NCBI GenBank assembly: GCA_030704615.1
Contig: CM060731.1
Coordinates: forward strand, 53,072,001 to 53,136,000
Length of the DNA: 64,000 bases
Origin: Takakia lepidozioides
Taxonomy: Eukaryota > Plantae > Bryophyta
Direction: 5' to 3'
Positions 25,048 to 38,350 of this stretch are shown in pieces; within the stretch, counting starts at the first letter, position 1; every line of letters starts with the position of its first letter. The notes under the pieces are model-generated. The model searched no databases. It saw only the letters and a program-made list of their open reading frames with translations, and was not told where the DNA came from. The translations under genes and the position numbers were made by a program.

Positions 25048-26949
25048 ACAACACCCACCATAAAACCCACATTAATCAACCCATGAAGATATACATGTAC
25101 ATTGAAAACTAGATAATGAGGATCGCCTAGTATAAGCAATCACTGAAAGTGTAGAATACTTTTGGTAGCATAAGAATATCTGCCACTGTGGCAGGGGGTT
25201 GATATTTGGGGGTTGCCTTTGAAGGCGCCGCAATTGGTGCACTGTCGGTGGCAGTATCAAGAGCGGCTTTCTCAGCCTGCAAACATCACGCCCAACACCC
25301 CTTAGCAGTTTCATTTAGCAATGCATCTACTAATAGTTTGAAGTACCCAACATGTAAATGGTCACATTGTACAGAAATTCAATAATTCTTTCTGGCTTTT
25401 CAACCGTACTACCACTTGTCAAGCACCACCAAAGTCTCCTGGGGTTCCTTCTTGGTCAAATTCCCAGGGCTCAGTTGTAACCCTGTGGCACACATCTTGG
25501 CTCTTATGGAAGAAGCGGATATCTATGGGACGCAGCCACCTACAGGTTCATCATGGGTACGGAAAAACATTCTCTTGGAACCAAGAAGGGCTGCCAAACT
25601 CAAGCCAAGGTTCAGAGAAACTCTCACCAATGCCTTTGCTATGCTAGAAGCAATTGTGGAAGCAGAAATAGACGAGGAAGGGGACCTCCAGCGAACGCGG
25701 GACCACCTCTACGGGGCTAGGCCTCACCCCCTCCTCATCAAGTGTTTATGCCCGCTCCGTGGCGCCTGCCCCCTCAATGCCAAGTCAACCAGTAGCATCA
25801 GGCCCTTCGCAGCATGACACCCCACATTCACCTGCCTCTCCAGCTACCGCCCATCAAGATCTACCTCCACTTCAGCCTACAGTTCTAGCTCCAGAGCCCA
25901 ACATGGAAGATGTCATCACCAAAATGAACCAGGTTCCACAAAACCTCTCCTCTTGCTTCATTTTTTATGCTGACAAAAGAGACTCTAAACGTTGTTGGCT
26001 CCTCTATCCCAATGAATCCTCCTCAAAATCTGTCTGCAGACATATTCCATCCATCTCTCTTCCTACTTCTCTCTCAATACACTACTCGAACCATCTCACC
26101 CACAACATCCCCATTCCTCCTCTTCATCTTCCTCTCCCTTCCAACTAGTTCTTCCTTACCTACACCCATCTGATATCCATCGACACAATCAACTCAAACC
26201 CCAGCCAGTTCGTCCCATCTCCACCTCCATCTGCCCTGTCTGACCCATCTACCCAAACCAATGTGGTTATGATCAAAGTCAGGAAGCTCCTACCCAAACC
26301 ACCCCCCACCTACCGATGGGTCAACTCTCTACTCCCGGCAGATCGTAGGGTCCGCTTTTTCTTTGACAACCCTGCACTACAGATTGTAGTATATCTATTT
26401 TTTAAACAAGGAACAGGTATAGTCTTATCGCGGCATCGCTTCATCCGCTAGATATATGTGGAGTTCCAGGATATACGGAGGGTCCTCCAATTTCATCTTA
26501 AATCGCTCCATCTCCCCAAATCGTCACAACCCTCGATTTCTGCATGTTTTGCATGTTTGCTTGCATGCCTTGATGTTTTTGTTTTTATTTTTGAAGGTGG
26601 CATTGGAAGATGAGGACGAGGACAAAGACGGGAATGACAAGGAGGAGGAGGAGGAGTGGGAGAAGGGGGAGGTGAAAAAGGTGGGATGACACCAAAATAT
26701 CTTGCACTGGGGTCACAAGTACAATTCTACGAAAAACCAATGTTGCACACTGATGTGCTCACGCTGACATTGGCCTGCATCATGTCAATTTTATATAGAA
26801 ATAAGTAAAAAATATAAGAGATAAAATAAAGATGTAACATAAGCTAAAAAAAATACAAAACAATAGCAGCGTGGCTTAACAAACAGCCCAAAAAATGTCG
26901 TGTCAACTAGATAAACAATATATATTTCAGAAGTTTTGATTAAGTCTAA

Positions 26950-27901
26950 TTATCTAAATTCGGGAACGCCAAATCTGGTGGTTCTTATATTTTAAAAAAT
27001 ATTCAATAAACTAGGGACCGTCATCTCTGGCGATCTTGATTTTAAAAAATATATTTAATAAATTTGAAAGCCCTACCTTTGGCTCCCGAGTTTTAAAAAT
27101 ATTTAATAAAATGGGATGGCCACAGCTGACGATCTATTTTCTTAAAAATTATTTTGGGATTACTATATCGAACCTGATATTTTTTTCAATTTTTTTTAAA
27201 TATTTTACTTAATAATGTTGGGACTGCCAGAGCTGGCAGTCCTAATTTTATTTTCTTTTTTCTTTTGCTATGGTTAAAATCGAACCATCAGAGCTAGTGG
27301 TCTTGATGTTTTTTAAATTTTATTTTGGATAAATTTGAGACCGCAATCGGAGCGGACGATCAAGATTTATTTTTAATTTTTGTTTGTTAAAATTCGGACG
27401 ACCAGAGGGCTGGCAATCATAATTTTCATTTGATTTGATTTTATTGAAAAATAAAATCAGAACCGCCAGCTCTAGAGGTACTGATTTTACTGAAATAATT
27501 TAAAATATAAACTAAAAACATTGGGATCACCAGCTCTGACGGTCTTAATTTTATTCAGAATAAAATAATGTTGGGCCCACCAGTTCTGGAGGTCCCGATC
27601 AAAACATAGGGACCCTACATTTGACGGTCTTAATTGTAACCAGAAAAATTTAAAACAAATTAAAACCAGGTATGACATGACAGCTTACGTATTACTATGA
27701 TAAATTATGCGATATAAAAGTTAAAATTTTGAAATCAATTATACAACGTAAAATCCGTTTTTAAAGTGACGTGATGTACATCATGACATGACTTCGGATC
27801 TGACGTTGACGTGTTACCGCCATGTCACGTTATTTTGTGCAACTAGGTTAAAAAGTGCAACATCGTGATAACATATAAATTGTTTTTTCATTCTACTAGT
27901 G
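26950..27901. mobile_element. CACTA terminus with hairpin subterminal repeats
   Basis: Ends ..TTCTACTAGTG (CACTAGTAGAA on minus); about 10 degenerate GGGACCGCCAG.(G)CTGGCGGTCCC palindromes in AT-rich spacers at 26960-27630. Confidence 0.75.
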
Positions 27902-28300
27902 TATTTCACGCGACCACCTCCATACTATGGATAGAAACCAACATACCATATTTTTGACCTATTCACATTGACCTCTATGAATCTTGCCTTAAAGCTCTCT
28001 CTAAATCTAAAGCCCTAGGCCCTGATCTTGTACCAAACGTCATACTCCAAGCACTTGATCCGCAACTCCACCACCTCCTCTTTAAATTCTTCCAACTCTA
28101 CTATCGGTTACGACGTATCCCACACTCCTAGAAGCATAGTTGTACCATCCTACTATTCAAAAAAGGTGATCCTACGGATCTAAATAATTACAGACCCATA
28201 ATACTTGCCAACACTATCTATAAGCTATTTACTAGCACGCTCACCACAATGCTTTCAAATTACGGGGAACAACATCGCATCCTTAAGTGACCCTCAAGAA
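27902..28300 (+). mobile_element. Non-LTR retrotransposon RT N-terminal fragment (resembles the RandI/Dualen group)
   Basis: KALGPDLVPN..IPHS*KHSCTILLFKKGDPTDLNNYRPIILANTIYKLFT..LSNYGEQHRIL. Confidence 0.8.
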
Positions 28301-28757
28301 GGATGCCGAGCCACAAGTTTTTAAATTATAACTTCCTCTAGTCTATACTAGTTTAATGTTATTTTTCATTAGTTTTTTAGGCCCAAAAGTGGTATATAAG
28401 GAGAGCCAAGCTCCCCTTGTACCTCACCTAGTTCATTTGCTTGCTTGCCTCGTGCCTTGTTTTGGTCTAGCTTTGTCAGTATGGCTAGAAGGAGTCTAGG
28501 TCGTAGAGTGAGCTTGAACTCTCTAGTATAGGAAAGCAATTTTAGAGCTGAGGGATAGGCCTCAGACTCATTGTTGGCCATTGAGTTTTTTGCATTTCAA
28601 TACATCAAAGAGATATTGTTGTATGCATGCTTAGTGGGTTTGAATGACTTGAAGACGAGTAGGAGAGCTAGGGAGCGGACTTGCTTGACCAGTACCAAAG
28701 GGGCCGCAAGAAGACGACTTCACTAAGACATTAGAGCATCTCAAGCATACCACCACA
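28300..28757 (+). mobile_element. LTR-like element, copy 2 (5'-truncated)
   Basis: TAGTTTAATG..CATTAGTTTTTTAGGC.CAAAA..TCACCTAGTTCAT.. is shared with 18600-18990. Confidence 0.6.
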
Positions 28758-29199
28758 CGACCTCAGCGTAAACCCTCTACCGTGTCTATTTATTTTTATT
28801 GTTCAAATCATTGAATTTTGGAATCATGAAGATCAAGTTCATATAAGTGTCAAGACTCTATGCTTACTTGTGTGATGTTTAATTGGCATTTTCCAGCTCT
28901 GTAAAAATCTACAGGGAAGCCCAAGTTAGCCTCAGAAAGGACTAACTTTGTGTGTATAAACAGGGGAGAAGCTGCCCCTGGATCTAGGAAATTGGTGGTG
29001 CTTTTACATGTGTACTTTTGCTCTATGTATTAAGGGAAAAGAAGAGTTTCTCATACAGCGGCGAAGCTATCGCCATTTTTTCAAGTTTTAAGCTCTTAAA
29101 AGCTAGTGTATTAACCCCCCCAGAGGATTCCACAGGCTCATGGGGAGTCACTAACCTACCTAAAAAGGGGGTTAGTTAGGAATCAGAGGCTGCCGCGCA

Positions 29200-30290
29200 T
29201 AAGAATTTGAGGCGCACCCATTGAAGAGGGCGGTTCCCCAGTGTTCCCAGACTAGGAACGTGTTCCTAAGGTGTTCCCTTGATTTCCTGGAGGTAATTCT
29301 GGTATCCCTGGGATGGATCCCCATGAGAATCCCTACTTATTCTTGTTTTTTGATTTTTTCTATTTATTTATTTATTCTGCTATTTACTGCGATTCTCCAT
29401 AGGTTTAATTATTCATAAATCTACCTTTAGATGGAGATTCTAGGTGGACCCTTTTGCCTTCAAAAATTAAGGTAAAAAAAGGGTCTTTTGAACTTATTCT
29501 TAGGGAGGGGATTGAACTCAACCCCCCCCAAGGATTCAAGGGTATTATTAGGGGAGTACGAACCCTGGTTCTCGGACCTAGAAGGTCCATTCAAGTACAC
29601 TTAAGAAATGGTGGTTCGGCCTTTGACGCCATCATATTGCAAGATTAGTTATGCTGGTTGTTGCATCCATCCATTAATAAGCAGAAAATAGCCATTAACC
29701 CCGGAAATGGTACGGCCCGGCATTTGGAATTAAACCTAAGGTTCCAAGAGAAAACTTAATTTTTCCTCGCTCACGGTCTACCGTAGCCGCTCTAGGAATG
29801 GAGGGGCAGTGGGCGGGAGACAAACGATCCCCGCTTCCCTAGACTTGGGAGTTGTTTTGCGAAGGGGTTTGAAAATCTGCCCCGCCTATAAGCGTCTTGG
29901 GAACTCAGACTTGTAGGAATTTAGCCAAATAAAACTTTGAAGGCAATCAAAATATTAAAACCGTAAATAGACCGTATGACGTAGGAAATGCAAATTTGCC
30001 CTGTGAAGAAGGTAAACTCTTCTTTGCCAGTAGGATTAGACTCTTGCACGTATTCCGCCGCTAGCACGCCACGAATCCCCTGCAATAATCGCAGTCGAGT
30101 GGGTGGTTCTTCGAGACCAACCCACACCGCGACTCACCTCGACCCCTCCTAGCTAGTATGTCGTCGCCCTAGCCGCGCGCGTCCACGGCTCGTCAGGGTG
30201 ACGACATATTAAGTAAGTGGATTGTGACAAGTAGCGGTGTGGGTCGGGCTCAAATGAACCACCACCCTACTGCGGCCAGTGCATGAAGGG
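29200..30290 (-). repeat. Non-coding TE-family segment (homolog of 14480-15450) ending in a fold-back near 30190
   Basis: Matches the reverse complement of 14480-15450; 30200-30290 repeats 30050-30165 in inverted orientation. Confidence 0.65.
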
Positions 30291-30729
30291 TCCGTGGACT
30301 ACAATGAGAAAAACAGCTATAGTACCAAATATAAATCCTACTGGCAAGGAGAGACTTCAAGGAATAAAGCCAGAAAGTACTCGAACTTTGTGGGTTGCGA
30401 CACGCCCTTGTAAAAAAACAGGAGAAAAAACGAAAAAAAAAAAAAAAACCAAAAAGCGCGCGTTCCCTGGCGGATTGTCACCATAAAGCACCAAGGGAAC
30501 CACTCCTTGGCGCCTGGGAACCGGATCCTATGGCACCCGCCATCCAACGGCCAGCGCCTGTTGGCATGGCAGCCGTGGGGGATCTCGCCACGTGCTACGC
30601 CCTGGGCCGTCCGTCCGTTCGCCAAGCGTTTTAGGGCTGGAGTGGGTGGCCATTGCCACTGCGCGGCGGCTGTCACTCTGAGTTCATCACCTACTATGTT
30701 GTGCCTTGAGTTCACGTGCGTCGCCATGT

Positions 30730-31450
30730 TTGTTTAGTGTGCACTTGTTTATTGGGAGGGACTTCAAGGATGCAGGGGAGCTTCAATGCGCGGAGGCGCT
30801 GCTGGATCGCATTACTAGGATCGTGGCGGTGCAGGCTGAAGCAGGAGGGAGACGCGTAACAAAGTGAGGTACACCCTTCACCCCCCTTGCCTCATATGTT
30901 CTTGCATTCTTGCATTCTTTGCATTGTATAGTTGTATGTGGAGTCTCCATTATCAAGTCCCCACCCTGCCTTGCTTCTATATTCTTCTTTATTTTACGGA
31001 GAACTAGTCTTGTTTATATCTTCTTTTCTCTTGTCTTGTCCTCTTTGTATGCTATAGTGATGAAGGTTGGATTGATTTGGAGTCCCAACACCAAGATGAG
31101 TCCCAAATCCAGGCCCTCTGCCGCATCTAGACGCGTGAGTTCCTTCTATTTTCTTGACAAGTACTTAGTAAGCTCGCAGAATTGGGGCAATTCCCAGCCT
31201 CTTAGCCTAGTTTATGATAGAATGTCACTGTCCTTTGATGCTGAAGGCACATTAAATGAGTCCAGTGACTCTATCCCATCACCCCCAGAGTCATCCCAAC
31301 TTCTCATGGCACTATTATGGTGTCTTCAGACACACATGACACTGAGGATTCAGATGATGTACATGAGGACACTGTGTGTGCCAAAAAAGTTAAGCCTAAT
31401 TATGATCTGACAAGGAAATTTCAATTGGCGTGGGCAGCAAAGCTTCTTCC
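30730..31450 (+). pseudogene. hAT-type transposase N-terminal fragment
   Basis: KKVKPNYDLTRKFQLAWAAKL, which in such elements precedes the WAE..CxxC motif seen at 16695; truncated by CACTA sequence. Confidence 0.5.
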
Positions 31451-32770
31451 ACCAGCCGTTGAAGTGTGTTCTTGTGCATCTATACGGATGATTTCTTGCA
31501 AGATATCTTCAGTGTCCCAAGTAGACAGTCTTCCCCAATGCCTTCGGGTGTCGGGAATCCACGTCGGGGCCACAAATAGGACAGCCTTTGTACCCCTTTG
31601 TCACGCACCCCATAAGAAGACCATAAAGTTGGGAAATCATGGATTGCCCACATGAGTATGGTGCATAGTTGGAAGGTCTGTTGGCCAGCCGGTTTCAAGA
31701 CGTCGTATATTATTTCTACTCCATTCCAAAGTTCATTAAGTTCTTCCACCAAAGGCTAGAGATACACATCTATGTTGTCGTTCGTCGTTGACTCTTTGTC
31801 GGGGATCAAAAGAACCAACATGATAAAGAATTTTTTGGTGGCAAATTGTATGCTACCAATTGCACCAGCCATGTGGACCATGTGCACGACTTGGTGGAGT
31901 TGGATTTATTCCATCCAACAACAATCCCAAACGCACATTTCTTGGATCGTTTACAAAGGCTGGCCATATAGCATCAATGTGCTTCTAGGCACAGCAATCC
32001 GCTGCCTGCCTTATTAGTCCATCATTCGATGCATTGGAAGAATGTCAAATCATCAGCTCACTAATGGATTTGCACTTATATTACATGCGCAAAAGTCAGG
32101 GGATGAGGAGAAAATACCACAACATCTTTGCTGGTAATCATTGCCTACCCACATTCTCGTACCGCGGTGCTTTGCATTTCGGATACTTCGAGGCATCTTC
32201 CAAGTTGTCTCTAAAAAATACACACCCATTGCGACATGAATGGATCTTGTTGTATCCTAACCCAAGTTTTCTTATCACGGCTTTGGCTTGGTAGCATGAT
32301 TTGGGCATTGGGTTGTGGGAGCCAATTCAAGCGAAGAAGGGCAAAAAGCTCATCTATAAAAGTGTTAGAGACACCATGGGTGGTACATACGTTCATGAGA
32401 AGCATGGTTGCAACAAGCAACTCCGTGGACTTGCATTCTTCCTAAATGGAAGGCAAGCTCCTTCAAGCACCACAACATCTTCATTATCAGCCCCCCTTAC
32501 CATTGTCTTTGCATCAATTCCTCCATTTTTTTTACTTTTACGACTAAAAATGAGTCGTTACCCCAGTGGTAAATGACACGAATGCTTCTAGTGAAGCGAG
32601 GGCCCAAAAGGATCACAACGTCAGAAAGTTGGGCTATCAAATTACCATCACGAAGACCGTCTACAAGGTAAGTGGAAGCGGGTGTGACACGGCCAAGCCT
32701 CTGTTGGAAACGAAGGGCACGCAAAATAAAAGCCCCAATGCCCTTAAGCATCAATTGTAACTAAAATCAT
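31450..32770 (-). pseudogene. Second CACTA TnpD transposase remnant
   Basis: LLMNVCTTHGVSNTFIDELFALLR; LIPDKESTTNDNIDVYL*PLVEELNELWNGV..ILMWAIHDFP. Heavily degraded paralog of 1-7788. Confidence 0.85.
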
Positions 32771-34759
32771 CAACAACACCAACACTGATGCTGCATTCGG
32801 GGCTTCGGTCTATGGAAAGTAACAGAGACAGGCCCAATTCATGGATCCCACGATAGGGCAACGTGGTGCAAGAAACGGGTCTTGATGACCGCCACAGACA
32901 AACGCCACGAGGCACGAAGGTCTAGTTCGCGTTGCACCACCTGCAAAGACGTTGAGCTTGACGAAGAAGCGCGAGCGAAGGTAGTCATTGACAACTCATC
33001 AAAATACGAAGCAAGGCGTCGAACATCACCCCGCATATCGTCCTCAACAGCAGCAAACCACGAACAGTCAGTTGCAAGGACTTTACATTCAAACTCATCA
33101 AACTCTTGTGACAACTCAATATCCCGCTCAATCGTCCGCTGCTTGCTGTCTACCACTAATGTAATTAGGGTCCGGATACACACAGTTATCAAAAATTGTA
33201 ATAGTTTGGATCGCAGCTATCCAAGGAACTAGACAACATTGATGGACTCGGCGACTCAAGCTTCCGCCTCTACAAGATTGGCGTAATCACTGACACTAGG
33301 CGAATTTAAATGAACAATAATGCTTGGATCAACAGCACTGTCTCCAAGCACAGGTAACACTGGCAAAGGTAAGAGTGCCAGATGGCGCACTGGAAGAAAG
33401 AGGGTTACTAGGGTTAGTGTCAAGATTAACAACAAGATCCATCTGAATCTGGAAGTTCTCTCCCTCACGACTCACAATGCATCTAGAAATTGACGCAGCT
33501 GCCTCCTGCATAACACAACTCGTAAACAAGGTTAGCGATCAAGCAGGGAGAAAACACAGCAGAGAGCACAAACGCAGTAGGGTGGCAAACCGTCATTTCA
33601 CTCTAAGGCGCTGCTTAACACAAATGAGCAAGCTAAGGGGTGTAGGGGTGTAGGGCTTTGTATGTGAAATTAGGGGTGTTAGAAATTCCTCCAACTAAAC
33701 TGTCACAAAATTTGGGGGGGGGATTTCTTCCACAAAACTGAAATTTTCACTGGTCATTATGTGTCATGTGATACTTCACACTGACTTGCCAAATTCCAAA
33801 GCATTCAGGAATTTGGCAAGTCGAAATTTTGGTTGCAATAATTTCTGAGTCCCATTCCAACTCAAGCATTGTGTTGCCGGAATTAGCAACACTTCCGACG
33901 ACTATGTCTTGGGCCACCTCACTGTTTACCCAACATTTGGCGGACCCCACGGATTGAGTACAGGGAAATGCGGCGGATGTGTACATCCCCATTTGTAACT
34001 GCTATGCCCAACCACTTTCCCCATCACCTTTTCTCTTGCTTGGTTTTTCTATTGATGCAGTTATCTCTATCAATGCCCAAGAAGTGAGGGGGAGTTGAAC
34101 CTCCTTTTTTGCCCAGTATGTACCCCCCCCCCCAAGCAGTACACATTACACCAAATAACCATCATGTGAAGCTGCACTTACCCCCTAGCCCAAAAAAAAT
34201 AGAAAACCCCAAACCCTTCGTATCACCCCGACATTGTCACCTAAATTGAAACAACAGAAATCCATGCACACAGGGCACTCCGAACACCGAGCTCGATTCC
34301 ACACAACAACAAACAGGTACCATGCACACTGGACAGTGACTGGACTAACGTTGAACATAATCGCAAAAAAACGCCCCAGATACAACACATACGAGTCCTT
34401 GCAACCACCAACAGTTGCACACCCATGCACCCGATGCACTCCACACAAACAGTCATGCCAATCAAAGACAACCAAAATAGTAAGATTATAATCGGGGGAT
34501 GCTAAAGCGTGAGCATGACTATGAGGTCCTAATTACCGCGGAAGACAGACTCATAACCACATAAATAGATCCCACATACTAGATAATGACACCAATTGGA
34601 ATAGAGAACCGAACCCAAATTGTAACACTGAAGGTCGTAACGTTGGTCGTTGACGACCGCAATTTAGAACTGCTCTTACCCACCAAAAACAAAACCAATT
34701 TTTTTATTCTGTATTTTTGTATTTTTTAAAGATGGGAGAGCCCTTAAAATATGCTATAC

Positions 34760-35680
34760 AAATATGAGCGACTGCCATTATTGGTGATCACTTCATTTTA
34801 AAGAATAATAAAATACAAACGACTGCCAATATATTTAAAAAATAAACAAATACAAGCGACCGCCAATATTCGCGGTCGCTTCATTTTAAGAAATTAACAA
34901 ATACAAACGACCGCCAATATTGGCGATCGCTCCATTTTCAAAATTTAAAAAATGTAATATTGGCGGTCGCTCGGGATTTGAATAAGAAAAAAAATTAAGC
35001 GGCTTTCATTTTTTTTGCATTAATTATCTGTCACCGCCACCGTGTCTGTGACGTGGCTGCCTTAGTGGTTTTCTTTTTACCTTCAATGTTTTTCTTACTA
35101 GCGTTAGGCCTAAATCTGACGTGACGTAGGTCGCGTCAGCGTTAGTTCCGACGTGATCTGATGCTGACGGACGGACGTGACGCTGACAATCGGGCCGGAT
35201 AGCCATGGTGGCGGTCCCGAATTACTTTTAAGAAAATAAAAAACAATCGGAACCGCCAGACTAGCGCTTGTGGTTGGCTGGTGGTCCCAATTTTTATACA
35301 TAAATTTATAAAATTAATTAATTAAAAACTATGACCTACGTTGTGGTGGTCCCAAATAATTTAAAAAATAAAACAATGGAGACCAGGCCAGGCCAGCACT
35401 TGTGGTTGGCTGGAGATCCCCATTCAATATATATATATATATAATACCATTGTGACGGTCGTGAATTATTTAAGAAAATTGTAAGAAAAATCAGGACCGC
35501 CAAGCCAACAATTGTGGTTGTTGGCGGTCTGTTGGCGATCCCGATTACTTTCTAAAAAATAAAAATCAATCCGAAGCACTATTTTGGCGATCCCAATTTT
35601 TTTTAAACATTTATGAAGAAAATTAAGACCACGACATCGACGTTTGTGGTTGGTTGGCGGTCCCGATATATATATATATA
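34760..35680. repeat. Arrays of palindromic TE-subterminal repeats
   Basis: CGACCGCCAATATTGGCGGTCG-like hairpins about 5 times (34768-34972); ACCGCCA..TTGTGGTTGG..GGCGGTCCC units at 35200-35670, related to 26960-27630 and ~14380. Confidence 0.75.
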
Positions 35681-36391
35681 TGCCGCTGCACGAGTGCTTG
35701 TAGTTTGCTAATGTAGATGCATATATAGGTACACTTTTAATTTTCGATCGTTTTTGAGCTGGAGGCAAGTAGTTTAAGCGTTGCATTGTCAAAACGAGAC
35801 GATTTGTGAGGTATTTGGGAATCAATGGTATAACACTTAGGAAATTAGAGACGACCATGGAGAGGAGTTCTGGCATCAAAATGACCGTAGGAAGCTGCTG
35901 AGATAGCGTGTTAGGCTGCCCACTCAATACCGGTGACAACAATTTGGACCTGATTCAACATGCGGGACGACTCTTTATTAACGTGTTGCGATCCGTTTGT
36001 TCTCTCCTTTCTCTTATCCAGTAGGAACACATATGTGATAGTAGCTTGACAATACTTAACAATTTGTATAGCGATGAAATATCGCAAACTAGCAGTTGGC
36101 TGCATCGATAAGACAGCGAATCGAGGACCACCCAAAACGAGGCGTATGCTCCACCGATGGTGTGGATTTAGTTGGAGATGGCTCCGAAGTTTAAACGATC
36201 CAGTGGCAAGGTCAAAAGACCCACAGAGGCACCCACCCTTAGGATTTTCTCCGGGAAGACCTCAGGCTTTATATACGACGATTCACAGAAGAACGACGGT
36301 TTAGAGATGGTTTTCAGCTATGATCGACCGATTACAAGGGTACCTAGCCTTAATTTCCCGCCAATTTTGGAAATTTATAACTAAGGTTTGT

Positions 36392-37080
36392 TGTGGCACC
36401 CAATTATAAGGCGAAAAACACTTGCGAGGTCTGTTTGATTTTTTTTTTTTTAAACAATTCTGATTGGCCCAAGAGGAGCCAAGACTTGCCTTGGAGGACA
36501 CTCAAGGAATATTCATTTATCCGAGGGATGACGTCATCAAATTCCATCCCACTCAAGGGATTTTCCATTTCATCTACCGTATTTTCTTTCCAATACTTGG
36601 CATATTCTACCTCCTGTTATTTTATTGGGACCGTCATCAATACCTCTATTAGATTTGATTGGTTTATTATTATTTCCCATTATTTATTAGTCTAGAGTAG
36701 TATAAAGAGAGACAAGGCCCCTTGCTTCTCACCTTTTGCCGTTGTATCTCTTACTTTGCTTTGTTTTATAGTTCTTGCTCCTCTTGACTTTAGGCTAGTT
36801 TGCTTGAGGAGGGCTAGGTCCTAGTGGGTATAGCTCGAGCCCCTAGTATTAGAGAGAGCTTAGTAGTTTTTAACTAGAAAGAAGACCTCTCGTAGTTCTT
36901 TATTGACCATTGAGCCCATTTCATTTATAAAGTTGGAGATTAGTTTTCACTACGAACTTGTGGATCGGCGACTTGGAGACGAGGAGGAAGCCAAGACCAG
37001 TTGGGCCAGATTGACAAGTACCAAGAAGGGTCGCGGTGGTACTAGGTCACTGAGCAATTTAGAGCATCACGAGCGTCCCA
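36392..37080 (+). mobile_element. LTR-like element, copy 3
   Basis: TGTGGCACCCAATTATAAG start, GTATAAAGAGAGACAAGGCCCC, GACTTGGAGACGAG..AGTACCAAG..TAGAGCATCACGAGC..CA end. Confidence 0.55.
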
Positions 37081-38089
37081 TCGGTTGAACATGTGAGCTA
37101 ACCATTATGCAGCAAATCTTAGAGCTCAATATCTAGATTGTAGACACGCATTGCCCCTTGGATTTTGTTGAATCCGGGTAGGGTATATGGGTATATGCTT
37201 GCACGTTATGATGCTTAGTGACGGCTCTATAACTTTGCAAATCTAGGAACTTGCATTGTATTGGATTATTTTATTTTATTTTAGTACGGAGTTGCTAGTT
37301 GAGGAGGCTGGCTCTACTTTATAGCTCTATGTAGTGTAGTGTAGATTTCAGAAACGTCAACCGCGTGTACATCAACTTTAGATTCTGAATTGATGAGACA
37401 AACTTTGTGAGCAACTACTTGTAATGGCCTATTTTTTTTTGCATTGATCCATCTTGTTGTTCAAGTTTGAAAATAGCATCCATACCCTAGTTGATATTGT
37501 ACTGGTACTTGAAATTTGTTTGCCTTATGTATACATCCCAAAATAATACAATACTCATATCAATATTATACCTACAATATTCAGGATACCAGTACCTATA
37601 TTCTTACCAGTTTTGGATATTTGTGAGCTCTTAAGAACTGGAACGACTGGTATATTAAAATTTTGATACCCTCACAACACTGGTATAAACTATAAACGTA
37701 TATAAAATACATAAATAGATGTATACAAAATTTTAGATCAACTTGTAAATACTGAGTGTCAATCTCACAATGTCAGTGGTTTGCACAAAAAATTGTTTGT
37801 CATGCTTACATGGACATACATTTTTAATGAGGGCACAAAAATAATCACACTCTTAACTCTCCACCTCATGGTATCAATCATCATTAAGTGTTTCTTCCCT
37901 CAACCTCTTTAAATAATGACTTCTCTCATGTGATTTCTTGAAACCTCAACCTCCTTTTGAGGTGATGGGTGTCACATTTACCATATTCTAGAGGGTGACA
38001 TTTAAGGGCCAATGATTTTTTAATAATAGCGTCTTCATTGCGCCTGTGGGCCCAGGCAGTACGGCCATGGGGTCACCTCATAAGTGAAG

Positions 38090-38350
38090 CGCCCATCTAT
38101 GGGGTCCACTGGAGAGTCCACCCACTCTAGAAAGTCTGGTGGACCCAGGGTCCGTTGCAGAGGGTCCACTCTACATAGTTCAGTGGAAAGGGTCCATTTT
38201 GCAGTCCACTCTGCAAAGGCCACCGGAAGGTCTACTCTACACTGCAGAGTGAGTCCGCTAGAGGGTCTGTAGAGTCCGCTGGAACCAGAGTCCATTGGAG
38301 AGTCCTACTCTAGATTGCAGAGTGGGTCCGCTAGAGGGTCCACTCTATAG
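38090..38350. repeat. GGGTCCACTCT / AGAGTGGGTCC motif cluster (TE subterminal repeat or MITE)
   Basis: About 10 direct and inverted TCCACT(CT) motifs. Confidence 0.6.

Noticed and set aside
25416-26560. Plus-strand ORF pieces as a gene
   Set aside because: Fragmented, with no motif I can assign; probably TE-derived.
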